From sequence record MZ501058: a DNA stretch of 64,000 nt, one strand, 5' to 3'. The translations under genes and the position numbers were made by a program. Origin of the DNA: Escherichia phage DaisyDussoix. This document shows positions 45,435 to 53,910 of the stretch, in pieces. Every line of letters starts with the position of its first letter. Position 1 is the first letter of the stretch. The notes under the pieces are model-generated. The model was not told the DNA's origin, made no database searches, and saw only the letters and a program-made list of their open reading frames with translations.

Positions 45435-46019
45435 ATGCAGTTTGTACCAATAAAAGATGCACCAGGGTATTTAGTAAATGAGGCGGGGGATGTGTTCTCT
45501 ACATTTACTAATAAAGTTTTATCAAGATATATAGTTGATGGATACCCTGCTGTAAAATTACAGATAAATGGTAAACAAACCTCTGTACTTATACACCGAA
45601 TTATTTCTCATGTATTTGGGGACTTATATAATCTATTTGACCCTGAACTAGAGGTAGATCATAAGGATAGAGATAGACTGAATCTATCTAAAGATAATCT
45701 TCAAGTCCTATCAAAAATAGAACATCAGAGGAAAACTAATAAAGATAATGGGTGGTCTGACAGTAGAGTACCTTGCCCCCTATGTGGGAGTCTAATGCTT
45801 CAGAGATCTGTAACATGTACAAATTGTAAGCCAAAACCTACAGGAAGGTTGATAAAACCAGAATTGTCTTTAGACGACATAACTGAAAAGGTTTTATTAA
45901 TGGGGTGGGTTAAGGCAGCTAAAGAGTTAGAAGTATCAGAGTCCACTTTGCGCAGGAGGTATACTAAACTAACTGGATTAAGCCCAAAAGTATTAACAGA
46001 ACAATGGAAAAGCAAGTAG
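45435..46019 (+). CDS. HNH homing endonuclease (NUMOD4/HNH + HTH type)
   Basis: 194 aa; HRIISHVFG...EVDHKDRDRLNLSKDNL; C-terminal HTH. Confidence 0.75.
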   Translation: MQFVPIKDAPGYLVNEAGDVFSTFTNKVLSRYIVDGYPAVKLQINGKQTSVLIHRIISHVFGDLYNLFDPELEVDHKDRDRLNLSKDNLQVLSKIEHQRKTNKDNGWSDSRVPCPLCGSLMLQRSVTCTNCKPKPTGRLIKPELSLDDITEKVLLMGWVKAAKELEVSESTLRRRYTKLTGLSPKVLTEQWKSK

Positions 46020-46097
46020 ACTGGCGACTAAACCCGATTGGAAAGTGGCTGACTTGTGAAAGCAGGCTTGAGAGTTCGAATCTCTCTTCTTCCGCCA
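46006..46097 (+). tRNA. tRNA-like gene, probably type II (anticodon unresolved)
   Basis: T-arm GAGAG-UUCGAAU-CUCUC, 3' UUCUUCC-G-CCA; 5' strand GGAAAAG pairs 6/7. Confidence 0.35.
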
Positions 46098-46120
46098 AAC
46101 AATAGAAGATAGGACGTAGT

Positions 46121-46195
46121 GGTACGTAACCGGTCTTGAAAACCGGCCCGCTGTAGTGATACGGTGTAAGGGTTCGATCCCCTTACCTACCTCCA
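46121..46195 (+). tRNA. tRNA (anticodon unresolved)
   Basis: acceptor GGUACGU/ACCUACC (6/7), D-stem CCGG/CCGG, T-arm AAGGG-UUCGAUC-CCCUU, CCA. Confidence 0.45.
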
Positions 46196-46561
46196 AATCT
46201 TGAAGTATGCCGAAATCGGTAGACGGGGCTGCCTAAAAGGTTTATAGGGAACATCCACTCCCTACAACATACCTCATAAAGCGGCTGAGATAAATGGTCT
46301 ATCTCGTGAAGGTTCAAGTCCTTCTGCTTCTTGATACATCTATGGCTCAAAGTGTAACGGTGCTATTTGATGCTCTTGGTAAGACTTCCCCGACATGCGT
46401 TCGGGAGTAAGCTGCTAAGACTAGAGTAGAAGAGTTTCTGAGAGCCGCCACAATTGAAAATTCGTACTCGTCTTGAGCTGCGCGCAATAGGAGATAACTT
46501 GATTAGTATTCTAGAACATGCTAATTGAGGAAGGTTTCGCTAACCCTGCGAGTTTTCAATT
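46196..46561 (+). ncRNA. candidate structured RNA region (ORF-free) with 18-bp imperfect inverted repeat
   Basis: IR arms 46447-46464 (GCCACAATTGAAAATTCG) and 46549-46566 (CGAGTTTTCAATTGTGGC); T-arm-like hairpins without acceptor stems. Confidence 0.3.
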
Positions 46562-46638
46562 GTGGCTATATCATAATTGGTTAATGATCCTGATTGTGAA
46601 TCAGGCCTATGTGGATTCGAATTCCACTAGCCACCCCA
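46562..46638 (+). tRNA. tRNA-His (anticodon GUG)
   Basis: acceptor GUGGCUA/UAGCCAC perfect, anticodon stem CCUGA/UCAGG loop UUGUGAA, T-arm GUGGA-UUCGAAU-UCCAC, CCA. Confidence 0.65.
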
Positions 46639-46668
46639 AATTAACTTAACTTAAATAGGAAATAAAAT

Positions 46669-46863
46669 ATGGCTGATTTCTGCAAACAATGCTCCATTGA
46701 TATGTGGGGCAGAGATACTGGTGATCTTTCTGGTTTGATTACAGAAGCTGAGGTCAAAGAAGGTTATGGTGCAGTTGTGATTTGCGAAGGATGCGGAGTT
46801 ATTCGAGTAGATCATGAAGGCAAACGTTTAGAAGAATCTGAGCCAACAACAATTTTTCCGTAG
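46669..46863 (+). CDS. Cys-rich zinc-ribbon-like mini-protein
   Basis: CKQC ... CEGCG; 64 aa. Confidence 0.4.
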   Translation: MADFCKQCSIDMWGRDTGDLSGLITEAEVKEGYGAVVICEGCGVIRVDHEGKRLEESEPTTIFP

Positions 46864-46869
46864 AATAAG

Positions 46870-47451
46870 ATGAAATTAGAGAATTTCAAAGTAATTCCTG
46901 AGTATCCAGAATACTTAATCTCTCCATACGGAGAGGTTTACTCTACCAAGAGTAATAAATTACTTACACATCATTTAGGCAGTGCGGGATACCTGTTTGT
47001 AACGTTCTATGAACAGGGTAAAAATGTTTCTGTTGTACTGCATAGATTATTGGCTAGAGTATTTAAAGATTTACCTTCGCTAGAATCTGAACTAGAGGTG
47101 GATCACAAAGATAGGAATAAATTGAACTTTGCCCTGGATAATCTAGTTGTCATGACCAAGGAAGATCACAGAGTAAAAACTACACTTGAAAGAGGACATA
47201 TAATAGGTGGTAACAAGTGCCCTTATTGTAGTAAACAAATAAATTCTTCAGCTAAAACTTGTTTTGATTGTAAACCTAAGAGTAACCCTGCTATTACAGC
47301 AGAGCAAATAGAATATTGGGTAATAAATTATTCGTGGGTTAAAGCATCAAAAGAGCTGGGACTATCTGATAATGGTCTACGTAAACGTTATAAATCCTTA
47401 ACAGGTAAAGATCCAAAAAGTATTAAGAAGAAGGTTAGCCAAGTCGGTTAA
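46870..47451 (+). CDS. HNH homing endonuclease (NUMOD4/HNH + HTH type)
   Basis: 193 aa; HRLLARVF...EVDHKDRNKLNFALDNL; 3' end overlaps tRNA-Gln start. Confidence 0.75.
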   Translation: MKLENFKVIPEYPEYLISPYGEVYSTKSNKLLTHHLGSAGYLFVTFYEQGKNVSVVLHRLLARVFKDLPSLESELEVDHKDRNKLNFALDNLVVMTKEDHRVKTTLERGHIIGGNKCPYCSKQINSSAKTCFDCKPKSNPAITAEQIEYWVINYSWVKASKELGLSDNGLRKRYKSLTGKDPKSIKKKVSQVG

Positions 47452-47504
47452 GGCTGGGGTCTCTGAAATCCTGATCAGTGGTTCAAATCCACTACTTTCT
47501 GCCA
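47429..47504 (+). tRNA. tRNA-Gln (anticodon CUG)
   Basis: acceptor AGAAGGU/ACUUUCU, loop CUCUGAA, T-arm AGUGG-UUCAAAU-CCACU, CCA. Confidence 0.55.
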
Positions 47505-47510
47505 AACAAT

Positions 47511-47588
47511 TGGGGATTAGCTTAGCTTGGCCTAAAGCTTCGGCCTTTGAAGTCGAGATCATTGGTTCAAATCCAATATCCCCTGCCA
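47511..47588 (+). tRNA. tRNA-Gln (anticodon UUG)
   Basis: anticodon stem UCGGC/GUCGA loop CUUUGAA, T-arm AUUGG-UUCAAAU-CCAAU, CCA. Confidence 0.5.
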
Positions 47589-47599
47589 GCCAAATTAAT

Positions 47600-47674
47600 G
47601 CGTGATTAGTTCAGTGGCTAGAATAACTGGCTTCCAACCAGTAGACACGAGTTCGACTCTCGTATCCCGCACCA
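47600..47674 (+). tRNA. tRNA-Gly (anticodon UCC)
   Basis: anticodon stem ACUGG/CCAGU loop CUUCCAA, T-arm ACGAG-UUCGACU-CUCGU, CCA. Confidence 0.65.
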
Positions 47675-47688
47675 AATAAGGAAACACT

Positions 47689-47940
47689 ATGCACGTTTTT
47701 GAGTTTCGTAATAAAAGTACCGATAAGCGAGTTATCATTATTGGAGAAACATATCGAGCATATGAACAAACTGACGGCTCTGTTATCTTGAATGATGAGA
47801 AAGGAGGTTTTAGCTTTTATCCAGAAGAACCTTATGAAGAGTTTCGAAAACAATTTAACCTAGACTGGAGAAAGCATTTAAACACTGTTGCTTCATCTGT
47901 AATATTGCCAACTACCAGTACTGTACTCTCTAATGGCTGA
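47689..47940 (+). CDS. hypothetical protein
   Basis: AAGGAAA RBS; 83 aa. Confidence 0.4.
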   Translation: MHVFEFRNKSTDKRVIIIGETYRAYEQTDGSVILNDEKGGFSFYPEEPYEEFRKQFNLDWRKHLNTVASSVILPTTSTVLSNG

Positions 47941-48107
47941 CAACCTAAAAGTAAAGATTGATAAACAAAAGAAACGTGTAGAAGTAGAGATTGGTGAAGA
48001 ACGTGTTGCCTTTACTTTTGAATTTCTACAGCAAATGGCAATGACAGTTATGACTGATAAGTCCCCTGTTATTGAAAAAGAAATCCCGTTGAAATAACGG
48101 GATCATA

Positions 48108-48182
48108 GCTCCTAAAGCATTGCTGGCGATGCAGTTGCCTTGTAAGCATCTGAACCGGGTTCGATTCCTGGTGGGAGCACCA
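48108..48182 (+). tRNA. tRNA-Thr (anticodon UGU)
   Basis: acceptor GCUCCUA/UGGGAGC, D-stem GCAU/AUGC, loop CUUGUAA, T-loop UUCGAUU, CCA. Confidence 0.65.
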
Positions 48183-48187
48183 AATTT

Positions 48188-48230
48188 AAAAATTCATTTG
48201 CTTTCTCTCTTATTTATTGTTATAATAATT
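48188..48230 (+). promoter_or_regulatory. T5-type sigma70 promoter
   Basis: AAAAATTCATTTGCTT-N17-TATAAT. Confidence 0.6.
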
Positions 48231-48256
48231 ATATAAATTAATGAGAGGGAAACCAA

Positions 48257-48547
48257 ATGAAACGTTATCTTTCTGTAGTATTCCAAACTGGCGGCCAAAG
48301 ATACACCTATGAATTTCCACCCTCTTGGAAAATCAAAGAGGGTGATCAAGTAGTAGTGTTAACACCGCGTGAAGGATATAAAGTAGTAACGGTTAAACAA
48401 GTATTTCTAAAAGATCATGAACCAGCTAAAGGCATCTGCTATAAGATGATTCATGGTGTGGTTCGTCAAGTACCACGAACTGAGGTAGAAGTAGATAAGA
48501 CTGGAGAAACTAAATTCCATTATACTTCTTACTTAGACAGTGTGTGA
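48257..48547 (+). CDS. hypothetical protein
   Basis: GAGAGGGAAA RBS; 96 aa. Confidence 0.45.
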   Translation: MKRYLSVVFQTGGQRYTYEFPPSWKIKEGDQVVVLTPREGYKVVTVKQVFLKDHEPAKGICYKMIHGVVRQVPRTEVEVDKTGETKFHYTSYLDSV

Positions 48548-48562
48548 TGTAAATATTTTAAT

Positions 48563-48639
48563 GCTTCGGTAGCTTAGCGATCTAAAGCACTCGGCTGATA
48601 ACCGAGAGATCGGGGGTTTAAATCCCTCCCGGAGTACCA
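48563..48639 (+). tRNA. tRNA-Ile (anticodon GAU)
   Basis: acceptor GCUUCGG/CCGGAGU, anticodon stem CUCGG/CCGAG loop CUGAUAA, unusual T-loop UUUAAAU, CCA. Confidence 0.6.
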
Positions 48640-48736
48640 AATTTAGGAATTAAGACTATGCGTCCAGGAAAGTTTAAAAAAGCTAATTGGACTAAAGAGT
48701 ATAAAGAATACTTACTTAGTCTAGTAAAACATAATA

Positions 48737-48811
48737 GTTAGTTGGCAGAGTGGTTATGCACCTCCTTCATACGGAGTGACTACAGTGGTTCAAATCCACT
48801 ACTAACTACCA
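48737..48811 (+). tRNA. tRNA with CAU anticodon (Met or Ile-lysidine)
   Basis: acceptor AGUUAGU/ACUAACU perfect, loop UUCAUAC, T-arm AGUGG-UUCAAAU-CCACU, CCA. Confidence 0.55.
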
Positions 48812-48848
48812 TTAAAAGAGCTAGAGATAGCTAAATTTAGGAGCAGCT

Positions 48849-49043
48849 ATGTTAACAATTAAAATAATGTCAGCCAAGAATGGGGAGCAGATTCATACAG
48901 GAAAAAGTGTAAGCTTTAATCCTAGAAATAAAAGATTGGCTATAGTTGGAGTAGACCAAGCCATCTTTTTAAAAGAAGATGAAGTAGCATATGTCATGAA
49001 CCAAACTGGTAAGACAGTTTCCGTATACTATGGAAAAGTATAA
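48849..49043 (+). CDS. hypothetical small protein
   Basis: TAGGAG RBS; 64 aa. Confidence 0.4.
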   Translation: MLTIKIMSAKNGEQIHTGKSVSFNPRNKRLAIVGVDQAIFLKEDEVAYVMNQTGKTVSVYYGKV

Positions 49044-49085
49044 AGAATAAAGAGCTGAGCCAAATTCTAATATCGTGGAGATCTA

Positions 49086-49454
49086 ATGAAAGCATATCAA
49101 AATCTTAAATCCGGCGTAATCAACCTCGTTCATGAAAATCAGATTATTCAGCTATACTCCGACAACGGTGAACTTAAACAGAAAGTTCTAGTTGAAGATC
49201 TAGAAGGTATCACACCACAATTCGATCCTGAAGCCTTCCGTGAAGTTAAGGTGGAAGTCGCCCCTCAAATCGAAGGTGGTCAGCACCTAAATGTCAATGT
49301 GTTAAGCCGTGATCAGCTTTTGGATGCGCAGAAACATCTTGAAAAATATCCTCAGTTGACCATCCGTGTCTCTGGCTACGCTGTTCGATTTAATGCACTG
49401 ACTCGTGAACAACAGAACGACGTTATTAGTCGTACATTTACTCAGGCGATGTAA
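49086..49454 (+). CDS. hypothetical protein
   Basis: ORF track 122 aa. Confidence 0.45.
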   Translation: MKAYQNLKSGVINLVHENQIIQLYSDNGELKQKVLVEDLEGITPQFDPEAFREVKVEVAPQIEGGQHLNVNVLSRDQLLDAQKHLEKYPQLTIRVSGYAVRFNALTREQQNDVISRTFTQAM

Positions 49455-49535
49455 TGGGGTTTGGATACGATTTCTCCCAGCTACGCAAGGTAGTCGAGCA
49501 AACTCCATTTATCTCCCAAGTTTTAGGAGAAATGT

Positions 49536-49850
49536 GTGGATCGAGCATTAAGACGTCATCACCGGCAACGTGTGAAGAACAACCGCAAGAAGTATTGGAC
49601 AGTCTTCCCACATGAAGAAAGCCCTAAGCGGTTAGGTATTATCACTACTACTCCTTGCATCTGTTCTTGTTGGATGTGTGGGAACCCTCGCAAATATTAT
49701 AAGAATAGTAAAGCAGGTATGAAAACCTCGGAGATCAGGAAAATGGAAGCAATGATTATGGGCATTTCAAATGATGAATTTGATGGCTTTGTAGGATTCG
49801 GAGAAGGAATCAGCTCAGGCTGTTTCGAAGATGAACGCCCCTATCTGTAA
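49536..49850 (+). CDS. hypothetical Cys-rich basic protein
   Basis: TAGGAGAAA RBS, GTG start; CICSCWMC motif. Confidence 0.45.
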   Translation: MDRALRRHHRQRVKNNRKKYWTVFPHEESPKRLGIITTTPCICSCWMCGNPRKYYKNSKAGMKTSEIRKMEAMIMGISNDEFDGFVGFGEGISSGCFEDERPYL

Positions 49851-49859
49851 TTAATAACA

Positions 49860-49896
49860 AACCCCAGCTATTGAATAAGTAGTCTGGGGTTTTTCT
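49860..49896 (+). terminator. intrinsic terminator
   Basis: ACCCCAG...CUGGGGU + UUUUCUGU. Confidence 0.6.
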
Positions 49897-49971
49897 GTAT
49901 AAAGGTACATAATATATGTATAACAAAATTCATCCACATTAGGTTAATTTAAAAGACTTAATGGAGGTAAT

Positions 49972-50319
49972 ATGAGCCGTACTTATCGTAAACAATCTGG
50001 TGATCAGTGGTGGAAGTCTAAAGCTAATTACACCCAGGGATATACTTTCCTCAAAGCAAGTGGCTACTACATTCGTGTTACTTATGCTAAATCCTGGGAT
50101 GAGGTAGAACAGGAAATGGAAGAAGCAACCATTCGTAATGAGAAAAAGGATGGTTATAACTGGAATTCCATTAGTAAGAATGTTAAGTGGCACTCTAATA
50201 AAATGGTTCGTCAAGGGAATCGTCAAGAACTTCACCGCGTGATGAAAGATCCAGAAAATTACGACTATAATCGTGATCATGACATGCGTAAGCGTGGGTT
50301 ATGGTGGTGCTATGACTAA
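49972..50319 (+). CDS. hypothetical protein
   Basis: GGAGG RBS; 115 aa. Confidence 0.45.
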   Translation: MSRTYRKQSGDQWWKSKANYTQGYTFLKASGYYIRVTYAKSWDEVEQEMEEATIRNEKKDGYNWNSISKNVKWHSNKMVRQGNRQELHRVMKDPENYDYNRDHDMRKRGLWWCYD

Positions 50320-50326
50320 ATTCTGA

Positions 50327-50370
50327 AATAATTCATTTGCTAAACCTCTCTTTTCTTGCTATAATATGTT
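50327..50370 (+). promoter_or_regulatory. T5-type sigma70 promoter
   Basis: AATTCATTTGCTA-N17-TATAAT. Confidence 0.6.
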
Positions 50371-50395
50371 TATAAATTGATGAGAGAGGTTTGAA

Positions 50396-50677
50396 ATGAA
50401 AACTCGTCTAGACTGTGCTGTTCATGTTCTTGAGCATGATGTTGCTGGAACCTGTATGTCTTACCACGAAGCAGGTCGTTTGATTAAAGAACGTGTGGCA
50501 GATGTGTGTGGATTGAAGATTACTGCTGAGGAAGCTGATGATCTTTTAGGTCAAGCACTGGAGAAAACCGAAATGTTCCTCTGCGATTCTTGTTCTTGGT
50601 GGTGTGAAGCTCACGAACGTTCTTTCAATGATTATGATGTATGTCGTGATTGTAGTGGGGAGGATGAAGATGAATAA
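50396..50677 (+). CDS. Cys-rich hypothetical protein
   Basis: CDSCSWWC ... CRDC; 93 aa. Confidence 0.45.
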   Translation: MKTRLDCAVHVLEHDVAGTCMSYHEAGRLIKERVADVCGLKITAEEADDLLGQALEKTEMFLCDSCSWWCEAHERSFNDYDVCRDCSGEDEDE

Positions 50678-50969
50678 GTTTATTATTGCACTGATGATCT
50701 CCGCAGTTAGTTTCGGTTCTCTGGCATCTACCAAAGTTTCTATGAAAAATGGTAATGTTAAAGTCCAACAGAACGGTATTATTACCGAGTATGGTAAAGT
50801 TCGTGATGTTAAAGAACGTAATGGTAAAGTAGAAATCTATACTAATAAAAACTTCTCTACTCCAGCCGTTACTATTGGCAAACGTGGTGAAATAACCACT
50901 CAACGTACTAATAGTTCCAGCTCTTTTACTTGTCGTTATGATTGCGACTTTGAAGGTGAAGATGAATAA
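50604..50969 (+). CDS. secreted small protein with signal peptide (likely start ATG 50673)
   Basis: GGAGGA RBS before MNKFIIALMISAVSFGSLAS signal-like N-terminus. Confidence 0.4.
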   Translation: MKLTNVLSMIMMYVVIVVGRMKMNKFIIALMISAVSFGSLASTKVSMKNGNVKVQQNGIITEYGKVRDVKERNGKVEIYTNKNFSTPAVTIGKRGEITTQRTNSSSSFTCRYDCDFEGEDE

Positions 50970-51357
50970 TTTAGACCCTAGAATTAAATTTGCAATTACG
51001 GAAATCCAAGATCAAATTGATGAGGACTTCACTGTTTGGTCAAGGTCTGGTAATGGAGAATATTGCCAGCTTTATAGCATGAAAATGGGTATCTCAATTG
51101 AGCTTAATATCAACTCTGAAGGCAGAGTAGAAGCCCAACCCATGTTTAGCGTTCCAGGCTTCTCTGGATTTGTTGCAGGTATAAAATTGTGTCTACCAAA
51201 TAACCATCTTCATCGAGTTATTTGTCAGCTAGAGACTATTAAGCATTTCTTGCCAGAAGATAACATTAATGACTACTACCACGAAGTTGTAGCAGCTCAT
51301 ATGATGAAAGAATCTAAACGTCGGAGAGAAGAACGTGAAAAGACTAAACATCAATAG
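50938..51357 (+). CDS. hypothetical protein (likely start ATG 50962)
   Basis: GAAGGTGAAG RBS; 139-aa track ORF. Confidence 0.45.
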   Translation: MIATLKVKMNNLDPRIKFAITEIQDQIDEDFTVWSRSGNGEYCQLYSMKMGISIELNINSEGRVEAQPMFSVPGFSGFVAGIKLCLPNNHLHRVICQLETIKHFLPEDNINDYYHEVVAAHMMKESKRRREEREKTKHQ

Positions 51358-51631
51358 CACAGTGCAGATTCCAGCAACTAAGGATGTTTTAACATTCCTA
51401 CGAAGTGAAAACGCTCAGTTTTGGCATGATCATGTTGTAAAGAACGGTAGTATTCCAGATGTAGTTGCCTTTGCCAAAAAACGTATTGAAGAATATAAAG
51501 ATCCAGAGATTAAAGATGGGATGATCACTATGCAATTGTGGGTAGCCATGAATACGTTTGGACCTACTATGAGTCTAGGAGTTACTCCACTGTTTACTAA
51601 TATTCTAATTAAGGAAAAGGATCTGAAATGA
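51335..51631 (+). CDS. hypothetical protein
   Basis: ORF track 98 aa. Confidence 0.45.
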   Translation: MKRLNINSTVQIPATKDVLTFLRSENAQFWHDHVVKNGSIPDVVAFAKKRIEEYKDPEIKDGMITMQLWVAMNTFGPTMSLGVTPLFTNILIKEKDLK

Positions 51632-51912
51632 TTATCTCTCCATTTGCTCTTTGGTTCGTCATTGGATCTATAGTAGCTATTTACAGCTTGGTTGATGATC
51701 TGTATATTTCTAAGAATAAAGATGTAATATTATACGTTATACATAAAACTCGACCGTTAGATCTGCCTCCTCTTGATGATAAAACATTACTCAGATGTGC
51801 TAGATCTATGATATTTGTTGTGGATATTCTTCTAGGCCCAACATCTGTGTTTTTCTTTTATAGAAAGACTCGTAATATGAAAAAATTTAAAGCTGAAATG
51901 CAGAATACCTAA
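51628..51912 (+). CDS. small membrane protein
   Basis: two hydrophobic segments; 94 aa. Confidence 0.4.
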   Translation: MIISPFALWFVIGSIVAIYSLVDDLYISKNKDVILYVIHKTRPLDLPPLDDKTLLRCARSMIFVVDILLGPTSVFFFYRKTRNMKKFKAEMQNT

Positions 51913-51986
51913 AGAACTCGCGTAGGACCGAGTTGCGTCACCTGCAACTGTTACGGATAAGGGAGTCGTGCCCCTTAGTGCGGTAA

Positions 51987-52367
51987 GTGGTGAGGTGGCT
52001 GCTAGCCATAACTGGAGATAATATGACTATATTACTAATTCTTGTTACAACTTGGTTTTTAATCGGTGCTGTATATGCGATAGCTATTATTAGACATTTG
52101 GATGAACATTCTGCTGAATGGTTTGTTAAGTATCTACGTATTGATGATCAAGAACAGAAGTTTAAAGATGAAAAGCAGAAAAAAGCAGTAAATAATATGA
52201 CAGCCAAAGAATGCTTGTTCTACATGCGTATTGTAGGGTTCTTTGGACTATTAGTTGCTGGCCCAATTGGTTCTACCATTGCTCCATATAAAGAAACAGT
52301 TGCTGACATCAAATTGTGGAGAAATGCAGGGGTACTACGCAAAGCTAGAGAAACTAATATTACATAA
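51987..52367 (+). CDS. membrane protein
   Basis: N-terminal TM LLILVTTWFLIGAVYAIAII and second TM. Confidence 0.45.
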   Translation: MVRWLLAITGDNMTILLILVTTWFLIGAVYAIAIIRHLDEHSAEWFVKYLRIDDQEQKFKDEKQKKAVNNMTAKECLFYMRIVGFFGLLVAGPIGSTIAPYKETVADIKLWRNAGVLRKARETNIT

Positions 52368-52411
52368 GATTGATACTAAATCAACTTACTAGCAAAAGCA
52401 AATAATGACAA

Positions 52412-52448
52412 AGCCCAGCCTGCACTTTTGCGACTGGGCTATTTTTAT
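52412..52448 (+). terminator. intrinsic terminator
   Basis: AGCCCAG...CUGGGCU + AUUUUUAU. Confidence 0.6.
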
Positions 52449-52451
52449 AAT

Positions 52452-52495
52452 AAAATTTTAGTTGCTTAGATGCCCAAACTTTTGTATAATATGTT
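52452..52495 (+). promoter_or_regulatory. T5-type sigma70 promoter
   Basis: AAAATTTTAGTTGCTT-N17-TATAAT. Confidence 0.55.
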
Positions 52496-52521
52496 TATAG
52501 ATTGAGGCAAGAGGATTAAAT

Positions 52522-53220
52522 ATGAGGATTATTTCTAAGTTCGCCGATGTGTATGATTTGCAGAACAGTTTGTTCGACCCAGATCGTGTTTGGGAGCGTA
52601 AAACTGAAGAGTTGCTGGTTAAAGTAACCGATGATGCAGAAAAGAACATTGTGCATACTCGCCAGGTATTTCGTGATGGCTCGCTATCTTTTCGTGGTGA
52701 TTTCGAATATTTTGTAAACCCACTATTTGTTGCAGGTGAAGTTTACTGGTTACACGAGCTGTACTGCTGGCATCCAGAGTTTAGCTTCAAAACGTTCGAC
52801 CTCGACACTATGTTCGATAAAATGGAAGAGATGGGATTGCATGCTCGCTCTTATTTAATGGATAAGAGTCGTGGAGATGTTCGTGAAACAATGCGTGATT
52901 TGCTAGTTGAAGCAAAACCTAAAGCAGAACGTATCTTATCCGAACTGCGTGTACCGATTGCATATGTGAAAGGTATTAAAAAGAACGATAACGATGATGT
53001 TCGTAACTTCGTGATTCAGACTAACATTCGTTTCCATCAATCAGGTATTCCGTGGCAGGAAATTGAAAGTAACTTATACCGTTTACACCAAGTTCTCGAA
53101 CAGTATATCTTTGGGGTACTAGGAACTGGTGAGCCTGATATGATTAAAGTATCAGATAAAGACAGGTTAGCAGCGCATGGATTTGATACAAAAACTTCTT
53201 TCAGGAATATGGCACGGTAA
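52522..53220 (+). CDS. hypothetical protein
   Basis: ORF track 232 aa. Confidence 0.5.
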   Translation: MRIISKFADVYDLQNSLFDPDRVWERKTEELLVKVTDDAEKNIVHTRQVFRDGSLSFRGDFEYFVNPLFVAGEVYWLHELYCWHPEFSFKTFDLDTMFDKMEEMGLHARSYLMDKSRGDVRETMRDLLVEAKPKAERILSELRVPIAYVKGIKKNDNDDVRNFVIQTNIRFHQSGIPWQEIESNLYRLHQVLEQYIFGVLGTGEPDMIKVSDKDRLAAHGFDTKTSFRNMAR

Positions 53221-53626
53221 GTGGTATATCCTGGGAGCAGGTCTAGCGATAGGCATCGGGTTTGGTGCTTATCACTTAGTAGATAAAGTGGAGACTCTAG
53301 CAGGTGATCTTGCAGTAGCTACTAAAAAGATCTCTTCTCTAGAGACTTCGCTTAATAAGGTGAAAGCTGAAAGTGAACTTCGTGAGACTAGAATGAATCA
53401 GTATTTCACGATGAATAATATTTCTCAAGCAGATCTAGACAAAAAGATTAAGCAGTTAGATAAAGCACTTAGTCGCCAAGATATTATAGCTGCAAAGCCT
53501 GGATTGGTAACATTAATTGCTAAAAAGCAGAGTAAAGAGTTCGAGGAAAGATTAGCGTGTTTAACTGGAAACTTGGAATACTGCTCGCAGCCGCAATCAC
53601 AATCACAGGCTGTGCAGAAGAAATAA
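53177..53626 (+). CDS. i-spanin-like protein (N-terminal TM + coiled coil), tentative
   Basis: TM WYILGAGLAIGIGFGAY then coiled coil; next ORF overlaps out of frame. Confidence 0.4.
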   Translation: MDLIQKLLSGIWHGKWYILGAGLAIGIGFGAYHLVDKVETLAGDLAVATKKISSLETSLNKVKAESELRETRMNQYFTMNNISQADLDKKIKQLDKALSRQDIIAAKPGLVTLIAKKQSKEFEERLACLTGNLEYCSQPQSQSQAVQKK

Positions 53627-53910
53627 AACCAGAGCCATCTCATGAGTTAAAGCAAGCTCACGTAGACTGGCCTAAAGGACTTCAACCTTGTAGCTTTGAC
53701 TTTAAGTTTGAAAAGAAATTAGCTACAAATGGAGAAGATGGCGTAGTAGTTGTTGTACCATATAAAGATTGGAATATGTTGGCAAAATGCCGTGAGGCAG
53801 AATACTCATATATTTCACGACTGACAAGTATGGTTTGCTTCTATCGTCAAGATTTACAAGAAAAACGTTGTTTAGTATATTATCCACCAATTAACAATAG
53901 GAAAGATTAA
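53557..53910 (+). CDS. lipoprotein, o-spanin-like, tentative
   Basis: lipobox LAAAITITGC with signal-like N-terminus; starts inside 53177..53626 in another frame. Confidence 0.4.
   Translation: MFNWKLGILLAAAITITGCAEEIKPEPSHELKQAHVDWPKGLQPCSFDFKFEKKLATNGEDGVVVVVPYKDWNMLAKCREAEYSYISRLTSMVCFYRQDLQEKRCLVYYPPINNRKD

Noticed and set aside
50546-50903. Minus-strand ORFs 50546..50734 and 50625..50903
   Set aside because: Antisense to plus-strand genes with RBSs; His/Asn-rich low-complexity translation.
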